Assembly: GCA_022601445.1 (NCBI GenBank)
Contig: JAJACP010000009.1
Coordinates: forward strand, 598-64,597
Source of the DNA: Chlamydiales bacterium
GTDB lineage: Bacteria > Chlamydiota > Chlamydiia > Chlamydiales > JAAKFR01
DNA length: 64,000 bases
Direction: 5' to 3'
The first letter of the stretch is position 1. Each line of letters opens with the position of its first letter. The position numbers were made by a program, and so were the translations under genes. Of the stretch, positions 1-10,243 are shown piece by piece. The notes beneath the pieces were generated by a model. That model was not told where the DNA came from, ran no database searches, and saw only the letters and a program-made list of their open reading frames with translations.

Positions 1-61
1 GAGTTTTTAGCGAGCCTACCCGCTCAACCACCAATATCTGCCAAATTGGTAGTTGTCTATG

Positions 62-105
62 AAAAAATCCGGCTAATCTGGAGTTGAAGTCCAGATCTGC
101 CGGAT
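62..105 (-). terminator. Rho-independent terminator downstream of rho
   Basis: On the minus strand, directly after the rho stop codon (109-111), there is an interrupted 14-bp hairpin. It reads atccggc-ta-atctgga / loop gttgaag / tccagat-ct-gccggat (67-105) and is followed by a T-run (complement of a62-a66). Confidence 0.6.
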
Positions 106-108
106 CTG

Positions 109-1470
109 TTAGTCTTTTAGGGAAAGCAAGAACTCTGCATTACTGTTGGTTTTCTTTAAACGACCCAAAAGTAGGTTCATTCCATCAATCGGACTCAAAT
201 CGGCAACCGCCCCACGCAAGACGTAGATTTTCTCGAGCTCAGTTGGATGATAAAGTAGCTCTTCTTTACGCGTGCCACTCTTAATCTGATCAATCGCAGG
301 ATAAACTCGACGGTCTGAAAGGCGTCTGTCAAGAACAAGCTCCATGTTGCCTGTTCCCTTAAACTCTTCGAAAATGACCTCGTCCATGCGTGATCCTGTA
401 TCAACAAGAGCGGTGGCTAAGATGGTGAGTGAGCCACCATGTTCAATATTACGCGCCGCTCCAAAGAAACGCTTAGGCTTGTGCAGCGCACTCGCATCAA
501 CACCCCCGGTCAAAATCTTGCCTGAATGGGGCTGAACAGTGTTGTAGGCACGAGCAAGACGGGTAATCGAGTCGAGTAGAATGACAACATCATGACCGTG
601 CTCAACGAGGCGGCGTGCCTTCTCAATGACCATCTCAGCAACCTGAACGTGACGCTCAGGCTGCTCATCAAAAGTAGAAGCAACCACTTCTCCCTTGACC
701 ACACGGCTCATGTCGGTGACCTCCTCTGGACGCTCGTCAATGAGCAAAACGAGGAGAGTGACTTCTGGGTGATTGGTGGCGATCGAGTGCGCAATGCTCT
801 GAAGAATAACGGTTTTACCCGTGCGAGGAGGCGCCACAATCAAGCCACGCTGCCCTTTACCAATCGGTGCTGTTAAGTCTAAAACACGCTCAGAAAGACG
901 CTCTTTGGTTGTCTCCATGACAATCCGCTCTTGAGGATAAAGGGGGGTGAGGTTTTCAAACAAAACACGCTCTTTTGCCTTATCTGGAGTGGAACCATTC
1001 ACTTTGTCCACTTTCAAAAGAGCAAAGTACTTCTCTTTTTCCTTTGGGGAACGAAGGGTCCCACTAACGGTGTCTCCCTTTTTGAGATCGAAACGGCGAA
1101 TTTGAGCAGGAGAGACGTAAATGTCTTCAGCTGAAGGGCAATAGTTGTAGGTGGGGGAGCGTAAAAATCCAAAACCATCGGGTAAAACTTCTAGGACTCC
1201 TTCACCAATTAAGGTCTCGTCGGGCCGCTCTGACTTGATTTTGACGATCTCAAAAACCATCTGAGATTTGGTGAGCGAGGCGATGTTCTTAATCCCATAG
1301 TGACGGGCTTGATGGTTGAGCTCCTCAATGTTCATCTGCTGCAAGTCAGCGATTTTTGTAATTGTAGGCGGAGCTGCCGGTGCAGCAGGAGGAGTCTCTT
1401 CAGAAACCATCTTGTCAGGTGGGGTTAAAGGAGAACGTTTGTTTTCGACAGTGGGTTGATCTTGATCCAT
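109..1470 (-). CDS. rho: Transcription termination factor Rho
   Basis: 453 aa. Shows an RNA-binding domain, P-loop APPRTGKT, and the Rho hexamer ATPase region [12 protein letters not shown]...[14 protein letters not shown]. The Pro/Ala-rich N-terminal extension is typical of chlamydial Rho. Confidence 0.95.
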   Translation of the reverse strand: MDQDQPTVENKRSPLTPPDKMVSEETPPAAPAAPPTITKIADLQQMNIEELNHQARHYGIKNIASLTKSQMVFEIVKIKSERPDETLIGEGVLEVLPDGFGFLRSPTYNYCPSAEDIYVSPAQIRRFDLKKGDTVSGTLRSPKEKEKYFALLKVDKVNGSTPDKAKERVLFENLTPLYPQERIVMETTKERLSERVLDLTAPIGKGQRGLIVAPPRTGKTVILQSIAHSIATNHPEVTLLVLLIDERPEEVTDMSRVVKGEVVASTFDEQPERHVQVAEMVIEKARRLVEHGHDVVILLDSITRLARAYNTVQPHSGKILTGGVDASALHKPKRFFGAARNIEHGGSLTILATALVDTGSRMDEVIFEEFKGTGNMELVLDRRLSDRRVYPAIDQIKSGTRKEELLYHPTELEKIYVLRGAVADLSPIDGMNLLLGRLKKTNSNAEFLLSLKD

Positions 1471-1475
1471 AAGGT

Positions 1476-2084
1476 TTAGCCTTTTAAAAGGTTAAAGGTT
1501 TTTTGTACAAAATGATTTAATTGGGTAAGGGTGCCGTTATTTTCAAAAGTATAAGAGGTGCGCTTCTGCTTTTCTTCTATGGGCATCTGGCGTCTCTCTC
1601 TTCTATCAAATTCGGTTGCATCATAGGGGGTTGTCTTTAAGAAGCGGCTCTTTCTTCTCTCTTTGTCAGCGGATATAACGATGATAGCATCGTAAAAGGT
1701 GTCGAGTTTGCTTTCAAAGAGAAGGGGAATCTCGGCAACAAAGAGGAGAAATGTCTTTTGGGAGGCTTCTTGATAGTGAGTTTCTATTACCTTTTGAACT
1801 TCAGGATGTATCTGCTTTTCTACGGTTTCTAAAAGGGAGGACTCTCGGAAAATTCGCTTTGCGATCTCCTCCCGACTTAATTCACCCTCCACAATAATCT
1901 CATTTCCAAGTAAGTCGATTAATCTTTGACCAACAGGTGTTGTGGGAGTGAGGAGCTGATGAACGATTGCATCCGCGCTGACAACATAAGCCCCTAACTT
2001 TTCAAAAAAATGGCAGACTGTCGTCTTGCCTGAAGCCAGGGAACCGGTGACGGCGACTTTCTTCAATGTTAACACTCCGCCCAA
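1476..2084 (-). CDS. coaE: Dephospho-CoA kinase
   Basis: 202 aa. P-loop [14 protein letters not shown] and CoaE-like architecture. Overlaps the polA stop by 16 nt. Confidence 0.85.
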   Translation of the reverse strand: MGGVLTLKKVAVTGSLASGKTTVCHFFEKLGAYVVSADAIVHQLLTPTTPVGQRLIDLLGNEIIVEGELSREEIAKRIFRESSLLETVEKQIHPEVQKVIETHYQEASQKTFLLFVAEIPLLFESKLDTFYDAIIVISADKERRKSRFLKTTPYDATEFDRRERRQMPIEEKQKRTSYTFENNGTLTQLNHFVQKTFNLLKG

Positions 2085-4729
2085 TTTTTGCCAATGGCTA
2101 CATCGACAACCAAAGGAATTTTCAAAGAAACAACCTGCTCCATGGCCTGCCTGACAAGGGGCTCAAGGTGGGCCAGCTCGTGATCAGGCGCTTCAAAAAT
2201 TAATTCGTCATGGACTTGCAAGACCATGTAGCTCTCCAAAGAAGCCTCTTGGAGGAGGCGATCCACCTCAAGCATGGCGAGCTTGATCAAATCAGCAGCG
2301 CTTCCCTGCAAAGGGGTATTGATGGCCAGTCGCTCTGCTGCTTGGCGTACCATGGCATTATTACTATGGATATCAGGAATTTCCCGCTCCCGCCCGATCA
2401 TGGTGACTGATTTTCCCGTTTTGCGGGCTTGTTCGACGTTCTGTTCCATAAAAGCATGGACGTGAGGGTAGCGCTCAAAATAGGCTTTGATAAACTCTGC
2501 CGCAGCTTTTACCTCGATACCCAGCTCACGGGCAAGACCGTAGGCTTGCTGTCCGTAAATGATACCGAAATTAATTGCCTTTGCCTGGTGTCTCTGATCG
2601 GAGGTGACCTCGGCAAGGGGGATATTGAGAACAAGAGAAGCGGTATAGGAATGGATATCTTCTCCGCGCTCAAAAGCGTGGATCAAATTAGGATCTTCAC
2701 TGAGGTGAGCTAAGAGGCGGAGCTCGATTTGGGAGTAGTCGGCAGAGAGATAGCTCCATCCACTCTTTTGGGGCTTAAAGGCTTCTCGGATGCGCCGCCC
2801 GAGTTTAGTGCGGACAGGAATGTTTTGTAGGTTCGGGTCTTGGCAAGCTAGTCTCCCGGTGGCAGCAACAAATTGATTGAAAGTGGGGTGAATGCGATCA
2901 GTCTGAGGATTGACTTCGAGAGGGAGTGTATCAGCGTAGGTAGAGCGCAGCTTTTCCAAAGTGCGGAAAGTGAGAATTTTCTCTGCGATCGGGTGCTCGG
3001 GGGCGAGCGTCTCAAGAACTTCGGCGCGCGTTGAGAGGCCGGTAGCTGTTTTTTTAACGGGCTTGATTCCCATCTTATCAAAGAGAATAACAGAGAGTTG
3101 CTTGGGGGAACTGATATTAAATGTTTCGCCTGCAAGATCATAGATGGCTTGCTCGGTCAAGGCAATTTCGTGAACAAGCTCTTGGGAAAAGGTAGCGAGC
3201 TTCTCTTGATCCAGATACATGCCCGCCCGCTCCATCTTGACCAGAACACGGGTTAGAGGAAGTTCTAGGTCAAAAAGAAGTTTGTCCAGCTTTCTCTCTT
3301 TGATCTGTTGGGCAAGCAGCTGTTTGATGCGTAAGGTGTAGTCGACATCCTCGCAGCAGTAATCTGCTACTTGTGGGATCGGAACCAAGTCCATGGTGAT
3401 CTCTTTTTTGCCGCTGCCGATCAGTTCTTTAATGGCAGTTTTGACTTTTCCAAAGTATTGCAAAGAGAGGGTATCGAGCGAGTGGCGTCTGCTCGATGAG
3501 TTGAGCAAATAGGAGGCTAAAATGGTGTCAAAAGAGAGGTTAGCCACCCTAATCCCAATATTTGCCAGAATGTGGAGATCATACTTCGCATTGTGGGCAT
3601 AAAAACCGATCTTGGGATTGTCAAAAAGAGGGGAGAGCGTTTCTATAACCTCACTGCGGTCAAGTTTTCCATTGAGGGGAACATAAAAAGCTTCTTTCTC
3701 TTTAACACTAAAGCCAATGCCAACAGGATCGGCTAAAAGAGGGCGGACATGTGTTGTTTCGGTATCAAAGGAGATCTCTTTGTGTTTTTCGAGATAAGAG
3801 AGGAGTTTTTCGAGCTCTTCGCGTGTTTCGATCAAGGTGTAGGTAGCTTTCTCTTCGGGCTCACTTGATGAGACAACACTCTCTAACTCTTTGACAAGGG
3901 TATTGAAGCCCATTTGAAGGTAGAAGGCTTTTAGTGCGGCAAGATCAGGGGGAGATTTGGCAAAGAAGGTTGTATTTTTTTCAAACGGAACGTCGGTGTG
4001 AATGGTGGCCAGGCGCTTACTGAGCCTGGCAATGTCGGCCTCTTTGCGAATGGTCTGCTGCTTTTTGGCCCCCTTCACTTGATCAGGACTGTTGAGCAGA
4101 TTTTCCAGTGAGCCAAACTCCTTGAGAAGGGGGACGGTGGTTTTGGGGCCAAATCCTTTTAGGCCAGGAATATTATCGGAAGAGTCGCCCATAATCGCTA
4201 AAAGATCGACGATCTGTTCGGGAGGAACACCGTAAAGCTCCTCCACTTTAGTGCGGTCAACAATGAGATTGTCTTTCCACGTATTGAGGACAAAGATGTT
4301 GTCTTTCACGAGCTGGCAAAGATCTTTATCACTGGTGCAAAGATAGACCTCAGCGCCTTGCTCGGCCGCCCAAAGCGCCACACTGCCCATCGTATCATCA
4401 GCCTCGACTCCAGGTTCTTCAAGATGGGGGATGCCGATCAGCTCACAAAACTCTTTAGCGCGGGTGATTTGCTCAGGAAGATCTTCATGGATCTTAGTGC
4501 GGTTGGCTTTATACTTCTCATAGATCTCGGTACGCTGCTTTTTGTTATCTGGGCCGTCAAAAACAGCAACGATATGATCTGGACCAAACTCTTTAAAGAG
4601 CTTGAGCAAAGAGCGGATGAATCCATACAAGCCGTTTGTCGACTCTCCCTCTGGACTGGTCATAGAAGGGAGGGCAAAATAGGCTCTGAAAATGTATCCT
4701 GAAACATCAAGGATAAAAAGTTTTTTCAT
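2069..4729 (-). CDS. polA: DNA polymerase I
   Basis: Contains a 5'-3' exonuclease domain, a 3'-5' exonuclease domain and polymerase motifs (DYSQIELR, QVHDELIFE). The likely true start is MKKLFILDVSG at 4729, an ATGA overlap with the sppA stop, rather than the ORF-track start at 4771. Confidence 0.95.
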   Translation of the reverse strand: MKKLFILDVSGYIFRAYFALPSMTSPEGESTNGLYGFIRSLLKLFKEFGPDHIVAVFDGPDNKKQRTEIYEKYKANRTKIHEDLPEQITRAKEFCELIGIPHLEEPGVEADDTMGSVALWAAEQGAEVYLCTSDKDLCQLVKDNIFVLNTWKDNLIVDRTKVEELYGVPPEQIVDLLAIMGDSSDNIPGLKGFGPKTTVPLLKEFGSLENLLNSPDQVKGAKKQQTIRKEADIARLSKRLATIHTDVPFEKNTTFFAKSPPDLAALKAFYLQMGFNTLVKELESVVSSSEPEEKATYTLIETREELEKLLSYLEKHKEISFDTETTHVRPLLADPVGIGFSVKEKEAFYVPLNGKLDRSEVIETLSPLFDNPKIGFYAHNAKYDLHILANIGIRVANLSFDTILASYLLNSSSRRHSLDTLSLQYFGKVKTAIKELIGSGKKEITMDLVPIPQVADYCCEDVDYTLRIKQLLAQQIKERKLDKLLFDLELPLTRVLVKMERAGMYLDQEKLATFSQELVHEIALTEQAIYDLAGETFNISSPKQLSVILFDKMGIKPVKKTATGLSTRAEVLETLAPEHPIAEKILTFRTLEKLRSTYADTLPLEVNPQTDRIHPTFNQFVAATGRLACQDPNLQNIPVRTKLGRRIREAFKPQKSGWSYLSADYSQIELRLLAHLSEDPNLIHAFERGEDIHSYTASLVLNIPLAEVTSDQRHQAKAINFGIIYGQQAYGLARELGIEVKAAAEFIKAYFERYPHVHAFMEQNVEQARKTGKSVTMIGREREIPDIHSNNAMVRQAAERLAINTPLQGSAADLIKLAMLEVDRLLQEASLESYMVLQVHDELIFEAPDHELAHLEPLVRQAMEQVVSLKIPLVVDVAIGKNWAEC

Positions 4730-5748
4730 CGAAAGTAAAAGGGATTGCCCGTCTGAGTAGGAAGGGCGCATTCATGTTTGATTTTTCCCGTGATTAAGGG
4801 AGAGTTGGACTCTTCTTTGAGCATCTTTTTCCACCAAGATTTGCTCTCAAAGCCGACAACTTGATAGCTTCCCTCAATTCCGGCAGCTTCTGCCAGAGCG
4901 GCAAGTGCATCGCTACGACTGGCATCGCTGACGTCAATCAGACCGTTCTCTTGAGCAATAGGGGCAGGGAAAACTTTGGCCCCTAAAGTCTCTTCAAGGT
5001 TTTCTTGATCCACAGGTCTGCTCTCAGTGACAATGCTGACAAACTGCCCGTAGTAGTAGTTCATGAGTGTTTGATAGTGCTCTTGCTCATCCTCTTTCCA
5101 AGGGCGGAAGGGATTCATCTCATCTTTTCCTTTACCAGCGGTAACAGTGACTGCATTCACACCAATTTTTTCCAAAGCATCGACTACATTCATGAAGGGA
5201 GGCCATGAGAGAACACCGATGGAGCCGACCAAGCTGACGTCACTGGCAAAGATTTTATCACTGGCACACGCGATGTAGTAGCCTCCTGAGGCGCAAAGAC
5301 CGTTGACGAATGTGTAGATGGGTACATTGTAGCGCGCTTTGTAGGCTTTTAGATGTCGGTAGATGATGTCAGAGTCATTGACGCCGCCGCCTGGAGAGTT
5401 GATCACGAGCAAAATGCCTTTCACGCGGTCCGTTTCAAACGCATCTTCTCGTGAGTCAAGAAGGATCTCTTCAATATTTTTTCCCGTTAGTTTATCGGAG
5501 CCGATTTGTCCATCTAGAGTAATCTGGAGTAGAATGGGTTTACTGGAGCTGAGTTTTTTTCGGTTACCATGCGCATCGGGGAGGATCTTCACATCGGAGG
5601 AAAAGGTTTGCTCTTCAGCTGTAGAAAAGATGCCATAGAAGAGAAAAAAAATTGCAAACAGGGCTACAACCGCGCCGAGCACACCAAAAAGAGCGACAAA
5701 AAAAGCACGCAGAGAACCCATAAAGACTGACTCGTGTATCATTTTCAT
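4726..5748 (-). CDS. sppA: Signal peptide peptidase SppA (36K type)
   Basis: 340 aa. N-terminal TM segment and ClpP/crotonase-like motifs LVINSPGGGV and ASGGYYIACASDKIFA. Confidence 0.85.
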   Translation of the reverse strand: MKMIHESVFMGSLRAFFVALFGVLGAVVALFAIFFLFYGIFSTAEEQTFSSDVKILPDAHGNRKKLSSSKPILLQITLDGQIGSDKLTGKNIEEILLDSREDAFETDRVKGILLVINSPGGGVNDSDIIYRHLKAYKARYNVPIYTFVNGLCASGGYYIACASDKIFASDVSLVGSIGVLSWPPFMNVVDALEKIGVNAVTVTAGKGKDEMNPFRPWKEDEQEHYQTLMNYYYGQFVSIVTESRPVDQENLEETLGAKVFPAPIAQENGLIDVSDASRSDALAALAEAAGIEGSYQVVGFESKSWWKKMLKEESNSPLITGKIKHECALPTQTGNPFYFR

Positions 5749-5796
5749 AGCCAGTCATACTAATGAAGCGCTCTTTTTTAAACAACAATAGGTCGT

Positions 5797-5829
5797 TGAA
5801 AAACTCGGTCTTTGGTCAGCCAAAAGCCG
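5797..5829 (-). terminator. Possible intrinsic terminator after the ABC exporter operon
   Basis: Minus-strand hairpin cggcttttgg / loop ctga / ccaaagaccg (9 of 10 pairs including one G-U, one mismatch), followed by agTTTTT, 14 nt after the stop at 5843. Confidence 0.35.
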
Positions 5830-5842
5830 ATACAGAGAACCG

Positions 5843-6526
5843 TTATTCAGCAGTCTCAACAATAGAGCCGTCGCTCATTTCAAGAATGCGGTCGGCAAAT
5901 TCAAAAATACGCGCATCGTGTGTTACCAAGATCACAGCCTTGTCCTCTTTGACGGCCACCTCCCGGATGAGTTGCACGACTTGAACTCCTGTTTGATGGT
6001 CCAGAGTACTTGTCGGCTCGTCACAGATGATGAGTCTTGGTTCGTGCACACAACCGCGACAGATTGCCACTCGTTGTTGCTCGCCACCCGAAAGGTGGGA
6101 GGGAAGTGCATTAAACCGGTTCTCTAATCCTACGCGCGCCAACATCTCTTTGGCACGCTCGAAGGCTTCTGGTTCTTCAGTGCCATTTAATAGAAGAGGA
6201 ATGGCGATGTTTTCCATAGCGGTCCAGGTGGGAATCAAGTGAAGCGCTTGAAAAATGAAGCCGATATTGGCTTTACGAAAAGCTGTCTTTTCCGTTTCGC
6301 TCATGGTTCCAATCTCTTCGCCAAATACAACACAGCTTCCCGCATCTAAAGAAAGAATGCCGCTAATTACCGATAGGAGCGTGGTTTTACCTGAACCGGA
6401 CGGCCCTACAAGCATTAACAGCTCATTGGTGTGCGCTTCCAGATTCACTCCACGTAGCGCCTCAACAAGCGAGCCCTCCTCTCCGTATGTTTTCCGCACC
6501 TCTGTGCATTGAACAGCATGTTTCAT
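5843..6526 (-). CDS. ABC transporter ATP-binding protein (DevA/MacB/LolD-like)
   Basis: Walker A GPSGSGKTT, signature LSGGEQQRVAI, Walker B LIICDEPTS. The likely start is MKHAVQCTEV at 6526, an ATGA overlap with the upstream permease; the ORF-track start at 6637 lies inside the permease gene. Confidence 0.88.
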   Translation of the reverse strand: MKHAVQCTEVRKTYGEEGSLVEALRGVNLEAHTNELLMLVGPSGSGKTTLLSVISGILSLDAGSCVVFGEEIGTMSETEKTAFRKANIGFIFQALHLIPTWTAMENIAIPLLLNGTEEPEAFERAKEMLARVGLENRFNALPSHLSGGEQQRVAICRGCVHEPRLIICDEPTSTLDHQTGVQVVQLIREVAVKEDKAVILVTHDARIFEFADRILEMSDGSIVETAE

Positions 6527-7656
6527 GACTGAAATACAATCCCGGGTTCTAAACGGATGATTTTTCTCAAGCCGATCAGTGCAGATAAGAGAGTAATGCA
6601 GATCATCGACAGACCACTTCCAAGAAGTAGCCAGCAAGGAAGGCGAAACGAGAGCTCAGTTCCAGCAGCAGCAAAACCAAAGAGTGTGGCAACGCCCACC
6701 CCAATTCCCCAACTCAAAACAGCAGTGAAAAGAGCTTGTACAATGACCATTTTGGCGAGTTTCTTATTGGTGATTCCCATTGCCTTTAAGGTGGCAAAGT
6801 AGTGTCGGTTGTCGTGGGCAAAGTTGTAAAAAGTTTGACCTGAGATCGCAATTCCGATGATCACTCCCAATAAAACAGCAACACCAAAGTTAACAGGGAT
6901 TCCTGTGTTGAGCATGTAGTAGCGGATAGTTAAGTCTTTGAATCCTTTGCTGGTGTAGGCAGCCAGTCCCGTTTGTGCGCGGATGTTGGCGCACACTTGA
7001 TCGAGGTTGGTTCCTTCTTCGGCCTTTGCCAACACAAAGGTGAGGAGATTTCTCTCGGTTGGAGCAAAATGAAGCGCGTTACTAAAAGTTGTGTAAACTA
7101 CAGGTTGTGATAAAAAAGTGCGGCCGACACGGCAAAATCCTGTCACACGCGCCCGTCTGTCGTTGATCTCAAACACCTCTCCTAGGTGAATCGGATTGAG
7201 TTTTTCTCTGGCACCCACCTGATCGATGATCACACTGTTGGGGCCACGCAGGTCCATGATGCTTCCGTCTATTATTTTTGGAGGGCCTCCGATTAAAGTT
7301 GCGTCGTCGATTCCAATGACGTTGCAGTTTTGAAAGAGTCCTGATTGGAGACGCGCTTTCAAGATGCCTTTGTACATGGGCACGGCCCATTTGACTCCCT
7401 CGACGCTGCGAACTTGAAACAAGCGACTCTGTTTAATAGATTTAAGGTCGTCAATGTATTGGACTTCAGGATCCATAACCCAAATGTTGGGTTGAGAGGT
7501 GTCGGTCACAAATCCGTAGGTACGGGCCATCAGCCCAATAAAAATGCCTGCCTGCTGGGTGATAATGAAAGTGGCAAAGGTAAGGCCGATGATGATGCCG
7601 ATAAATTTGGCTCGGTCGCCGACCATCATTTTAATGGCTAGTCGCAGCACTCCCAA
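6523..7656 (-). CDS. ABC exporter permease, FtsX/DevC-like
   Basis: 377 aa. N-terminal TM, a large periplasmic domain, then a C-terminal three-TM FtsX-type domain. Operon context with the ATPase, adaptor and OMF. Confidence 0.75.
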   Translation of the reverse strand: MGVLRLAIKMMVGDRAKFIGIIIGLTFATFIITQQAGIFIGLMARTYGFVTDTSQPNIWVMDPEVQYIDDLKSIKQSRLFQVRSVEGVKWAVPMYKGILKARLQSGLFQNCNVIGIDDATLIGGPPKIIDGSIMDLRGPNSVIIDQVGAREKLNPIHLGEVFEINDRRARVTGFCRVGRTFLSQPVVYTTFSNALHFAPTERNLLTFVLAKAEEGTNLDQVCANIRAQTGLAAYTSKGFKDLTIRYYMLNTGIPVNFGVAVLLGVIIGIAISGQTFYNFAHDNRHYFATLKAMGITNKKLAKMVIVQALFTAVLSWGIGVGVATLFGFAAAGTELSFRLPCWLLLGSGLSMICITLLSALIGLRKIIRLEPGIVFQS

Positions 7657-9047
7657 CCTCCTCCAAGTGCTTTGTATACGCCGACTAAATGGGCCATCAA
7701 TTCCTCTTTACTCTTGGCTTTGACTATTTCTGAGATGAATAAATCTCTTTCTGTATCAATAACATAAAGAAAATCTCGGATTCCACTAGTATAAAGAATA
7801 AGAGCCAATTCGCGCGCCTCCTTGTATGCAGCTACCTCCTCTGTTAAGGCGTGAATGCGTGTCCCTTCATTAAAGTAGGCAGTCAAAGCGCTCTCCACTT
7901 CAGCAACGGCCTCTAAAACAGAGCGTTCATAGTCGAGAACGGACTGTTTTTGGATCGACGTTTCAAACGCGATATGGGAGAGAATTTTACCTCCATGAAA
8001 AATGGGAAGAAAAAGAGATGGAGTCAGATTCCAGTCACGGCTTTCAGGTATAAACCAAGAGGTGAAAAATCCTGTGGCATAGGAGAAGATGGAATCCAAA
8101 GAGATTGTGGGGAAAAATTCTTTGCGTGCTGCGAGTACACGTGCACCTGCAGCGCGCATTTTAAATTCGGCGTTCCGCACATCTCCCCGTCTACAGAGAA
8201 GTTCTGTGGGCAATCCTAGAGGAAATTTTGCCTCAATACAGGGAATAGGCTGCTCGTCACAGAAAGAATTGACTAGTGTCTCAGGAAGTTCATCAATCAT
8301 CACCGCAAGCGCATAAATGGCTTGGTAAAATTCTGTTTGCAGTTGGGGGAGAATCGATTCACGCCCTTTAAGCAATGCCTCGGTTAAATAGATCTCGAGT
8401 TGAGAGGTCAATCCCGCTTCGTAGCGATCTTTGATCAGTTCGAGTAATTCAGCTTCTGCTCGAATGTGAGTTTCGGTGATCTGCATCCGCTCTTGAAGGG
8501 TCCGAATTAGAAAGTAGTTGGTCGCAATTTCACTTGTCACAGACACGTGTACATCACGCACCTCAGCTTGTGTAGCGGCTACATCAAGACAGGCTGCTCG
8601 TGCTCTGTCTAGATTTTTTCCAAATAGGTCAATCTCCCAAATAGAATCGAATCCTGCTTGGTAGAAGTTGATAAAGTCGCCTCCAGTAAAGTCCGACTGG
8701 GCAAGCGTTTGACTATTGCGGAGTCGATTAAAAAGGAGAAAAGCATCTACATGGGGGAGCAGTCGAGAAAAGTCGATGCCAAAAACAGCTCTGGCTTCAC
8801 AGATTTTCTCGCGGGCAATACGTAGGTCGTAGTTGCATCCAATACCGCGTTCAATGAGCGAGATGAGGAGCGGGTCATCGAATTGTCTCCACCAATCGGC
8901 TAAGTTGGCCTCGGGTAGATCACTCATGCAGCTCTCCACACAGTCTGTACTCATGTAAGAGGTGGGTAGGTAGATCTCAGGCTGCGAGCAGGGCCTACAG
9001 CTTGTGGCGATGAGGATAAGTATGAGTAGATACCCCCACCTTTTCAT
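7638..9047 (-). CDS. Outer membrane efflux lipoprotein (TolC/NodT family)
   Basis: 469 aa. Lipobox LIATSC, and two repeated OEP-type halves with long helical segments. 19-nt overlap with the permease and ATGA overlap with the adaptor. Confidence 0.8.
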   Translation of the reverse strand: MKRWGYLLILILIATSCRPCSQPEIYLPTSYMSTDCVESCMSDLPEANLADWWRQFDDPLLISLIERGIGCNYDLRIAREKICEARAVFGIDFSRLLPHVDAFLLFNRLRNSQTLAQSDFTGGDFINFYQAGFDSIWEIDLFGKNLDRARAACLDVAATQAEVRDVHVSVTSEIATNYFLIRTLQERMQITETHIRAEAELLELIKDRYEAGLTSQLEIYLTEALLKGRESILPQLQTEFYQAIYALAVMIDELPETLVNSFCDEQPIPCIEAKFPLGLPTELLCRRGDVRNAEFKMRAAGARVLAARKEFFPTISLDSIFSYATGFFTSWFIPESRDWNLTPSLFLPIFHGGKILSHIAFETSIQKQSVLDYERSVLEAVAEVESALTAYFNEGTRIHALTEEVAAYKEARELALILYTSGIRDFLYVIDTERDLFISEIVKAKSKEELMAHLVGVYKALGGGWECCD

Positions 9048-10120
9048 CGGGTCTCCTTACCTGTGTTCACACCGCTCGGCTCAGCCTCTAAGTAGACATC
9101 CATCAGCATGCCCGGATAGATGGGCAGGTCCCCTCGTTGAAAGCGATAGATGAGCTGGAGTACACGCGTGTCGACCTGCTCAGTTGTAGCTCCTGTTAAC
9201 GCTCTTTTAGGGACCAAATAAGGCTCTAGGCGGACAAACTCTAAGGGAACATGCAATCTGCTGTTTCCGCGTACATAGGCGATACCCGGAGCGCCGCGGA
9301 TCACCCGCCATGCATCCTCCTCATCGATATCAACCCGAATGTGTAGAGGATCAATGGAACCTAAAAGAAGAAGAGGCTCAACAAGCTCAGCAGCTGCGGC
9401 CAGCTCTCCTTGACTTATGTTGACGCGAAAGACACATCCATCAATCGGAGCACGTATAGTGGAGCGTTCAATTTCCACCTCCACCGCCTCGACACGCGTT
9501 TTGGCCTCTTTCACCTGAGCGCGTGAGATCTCTAAATCACGTACCCAAGCACCGGCCAACACCCGAGAGAGCTCCTCTTCAGCCTCTTCTAACGAGTATT
9601 TGGCCACAAGAGCGGCGTATTTCCGCTGATAGTACTCGTCACGGCTCACAGCCTTAGGATTTTCGACCTTATCGACCAGCTGATACTGATTCCACTTGTC
9701 AAGAAATTGACTCTGCGCCTCTTTCACCCGTGACTCATAAGGAGGAACATCCTCTGCTCTAGGTAGATCGAGCTGCTTCTGGTATTCGGACTCAGCCACA
9801 GCAAGCGCTGCATTTGATTCTGCTAGGCGGGCTTCTAGACTCTCAGTGTTCAGCTTGAAAAGAGGCGCCTCTTTTTCAACAAGCTCTCCTGCTTCGACAA
9901 ACACCTTTTCTACGATTTCGGTAAAAGGAGTTCCCATCCAAATATCTTCAGAAGCCGCTTCTACAGATCCTTGGCCTGCAACAAAATACGTAAATGAGGG
10001 CGTCGGAGGTGTGAAGGGGATCGGTGGTGTTGGAGGGGTGCGTTGATTGAGAATAACAGCAATTATTCCTAAAATTAAACCAAAAGTAGATAATACTGGT
10101 AAAATATATTTTGACCACAT
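9044..10120 (-). CDS. Periplasmic adaptor / membrane fusion protein (HlyD/DevB family)
   Basis: 358 aa. N-terminal TM anchor, coiled-coil hairpin (ESLEARLAESNAALAVAESEYQKQL...), and lipoyl/beta-barrel segments (IRAPIDGCVFRVNISQGE). Confidence 0.8.
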   Translation of the reverse strand: MWSKYILPVLSTFGLILGIIAVILNQRTPPTPPIPFTPPTPSFTYFVAGQGSVEAASEDIWMGTPFTEIVEKVFVEAGELVEKEAPLFKLNTESLEARLAESNAALAVAESEYQKQLDLPRAEDVPPYESRVKEAQSQFLDKWNQYQLVDKVENPKAVSRDEYYQRKYAALVAKYSLEEAEEELSRVLAGAWVRDLEISRAQVKEAKTRVEAVEVEIERSTIRAPIDGCVFRVNISQGELAAAAELVEPLLLLGSIDPLHIRVDIDEEDAWRVIRGAPGIAYVRGNSRLHVPLEFVRLEPYLVPKRALTGATTEQVDTRVLQLIYRFQRGDLPIYPGMLMDVYLEAEPSGVNTGKETR

Positions 10121-10243
10121 AGTGATAATTATCCCAAAAAAACAATTTATATTAAAGAGCAGTGATCGTGATTAGTTTTTAGAATTGATGGAGAAAGATT
10201 TACGTTTATTATTTTGAGATTTTGTTTTATTATAGAACAATCT

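Noticed and set aside
4358-4702. 114-aa plus-strand ORF
   Set aside because: It is antisense to the polA 5'-nuclease domain and has no independent support.
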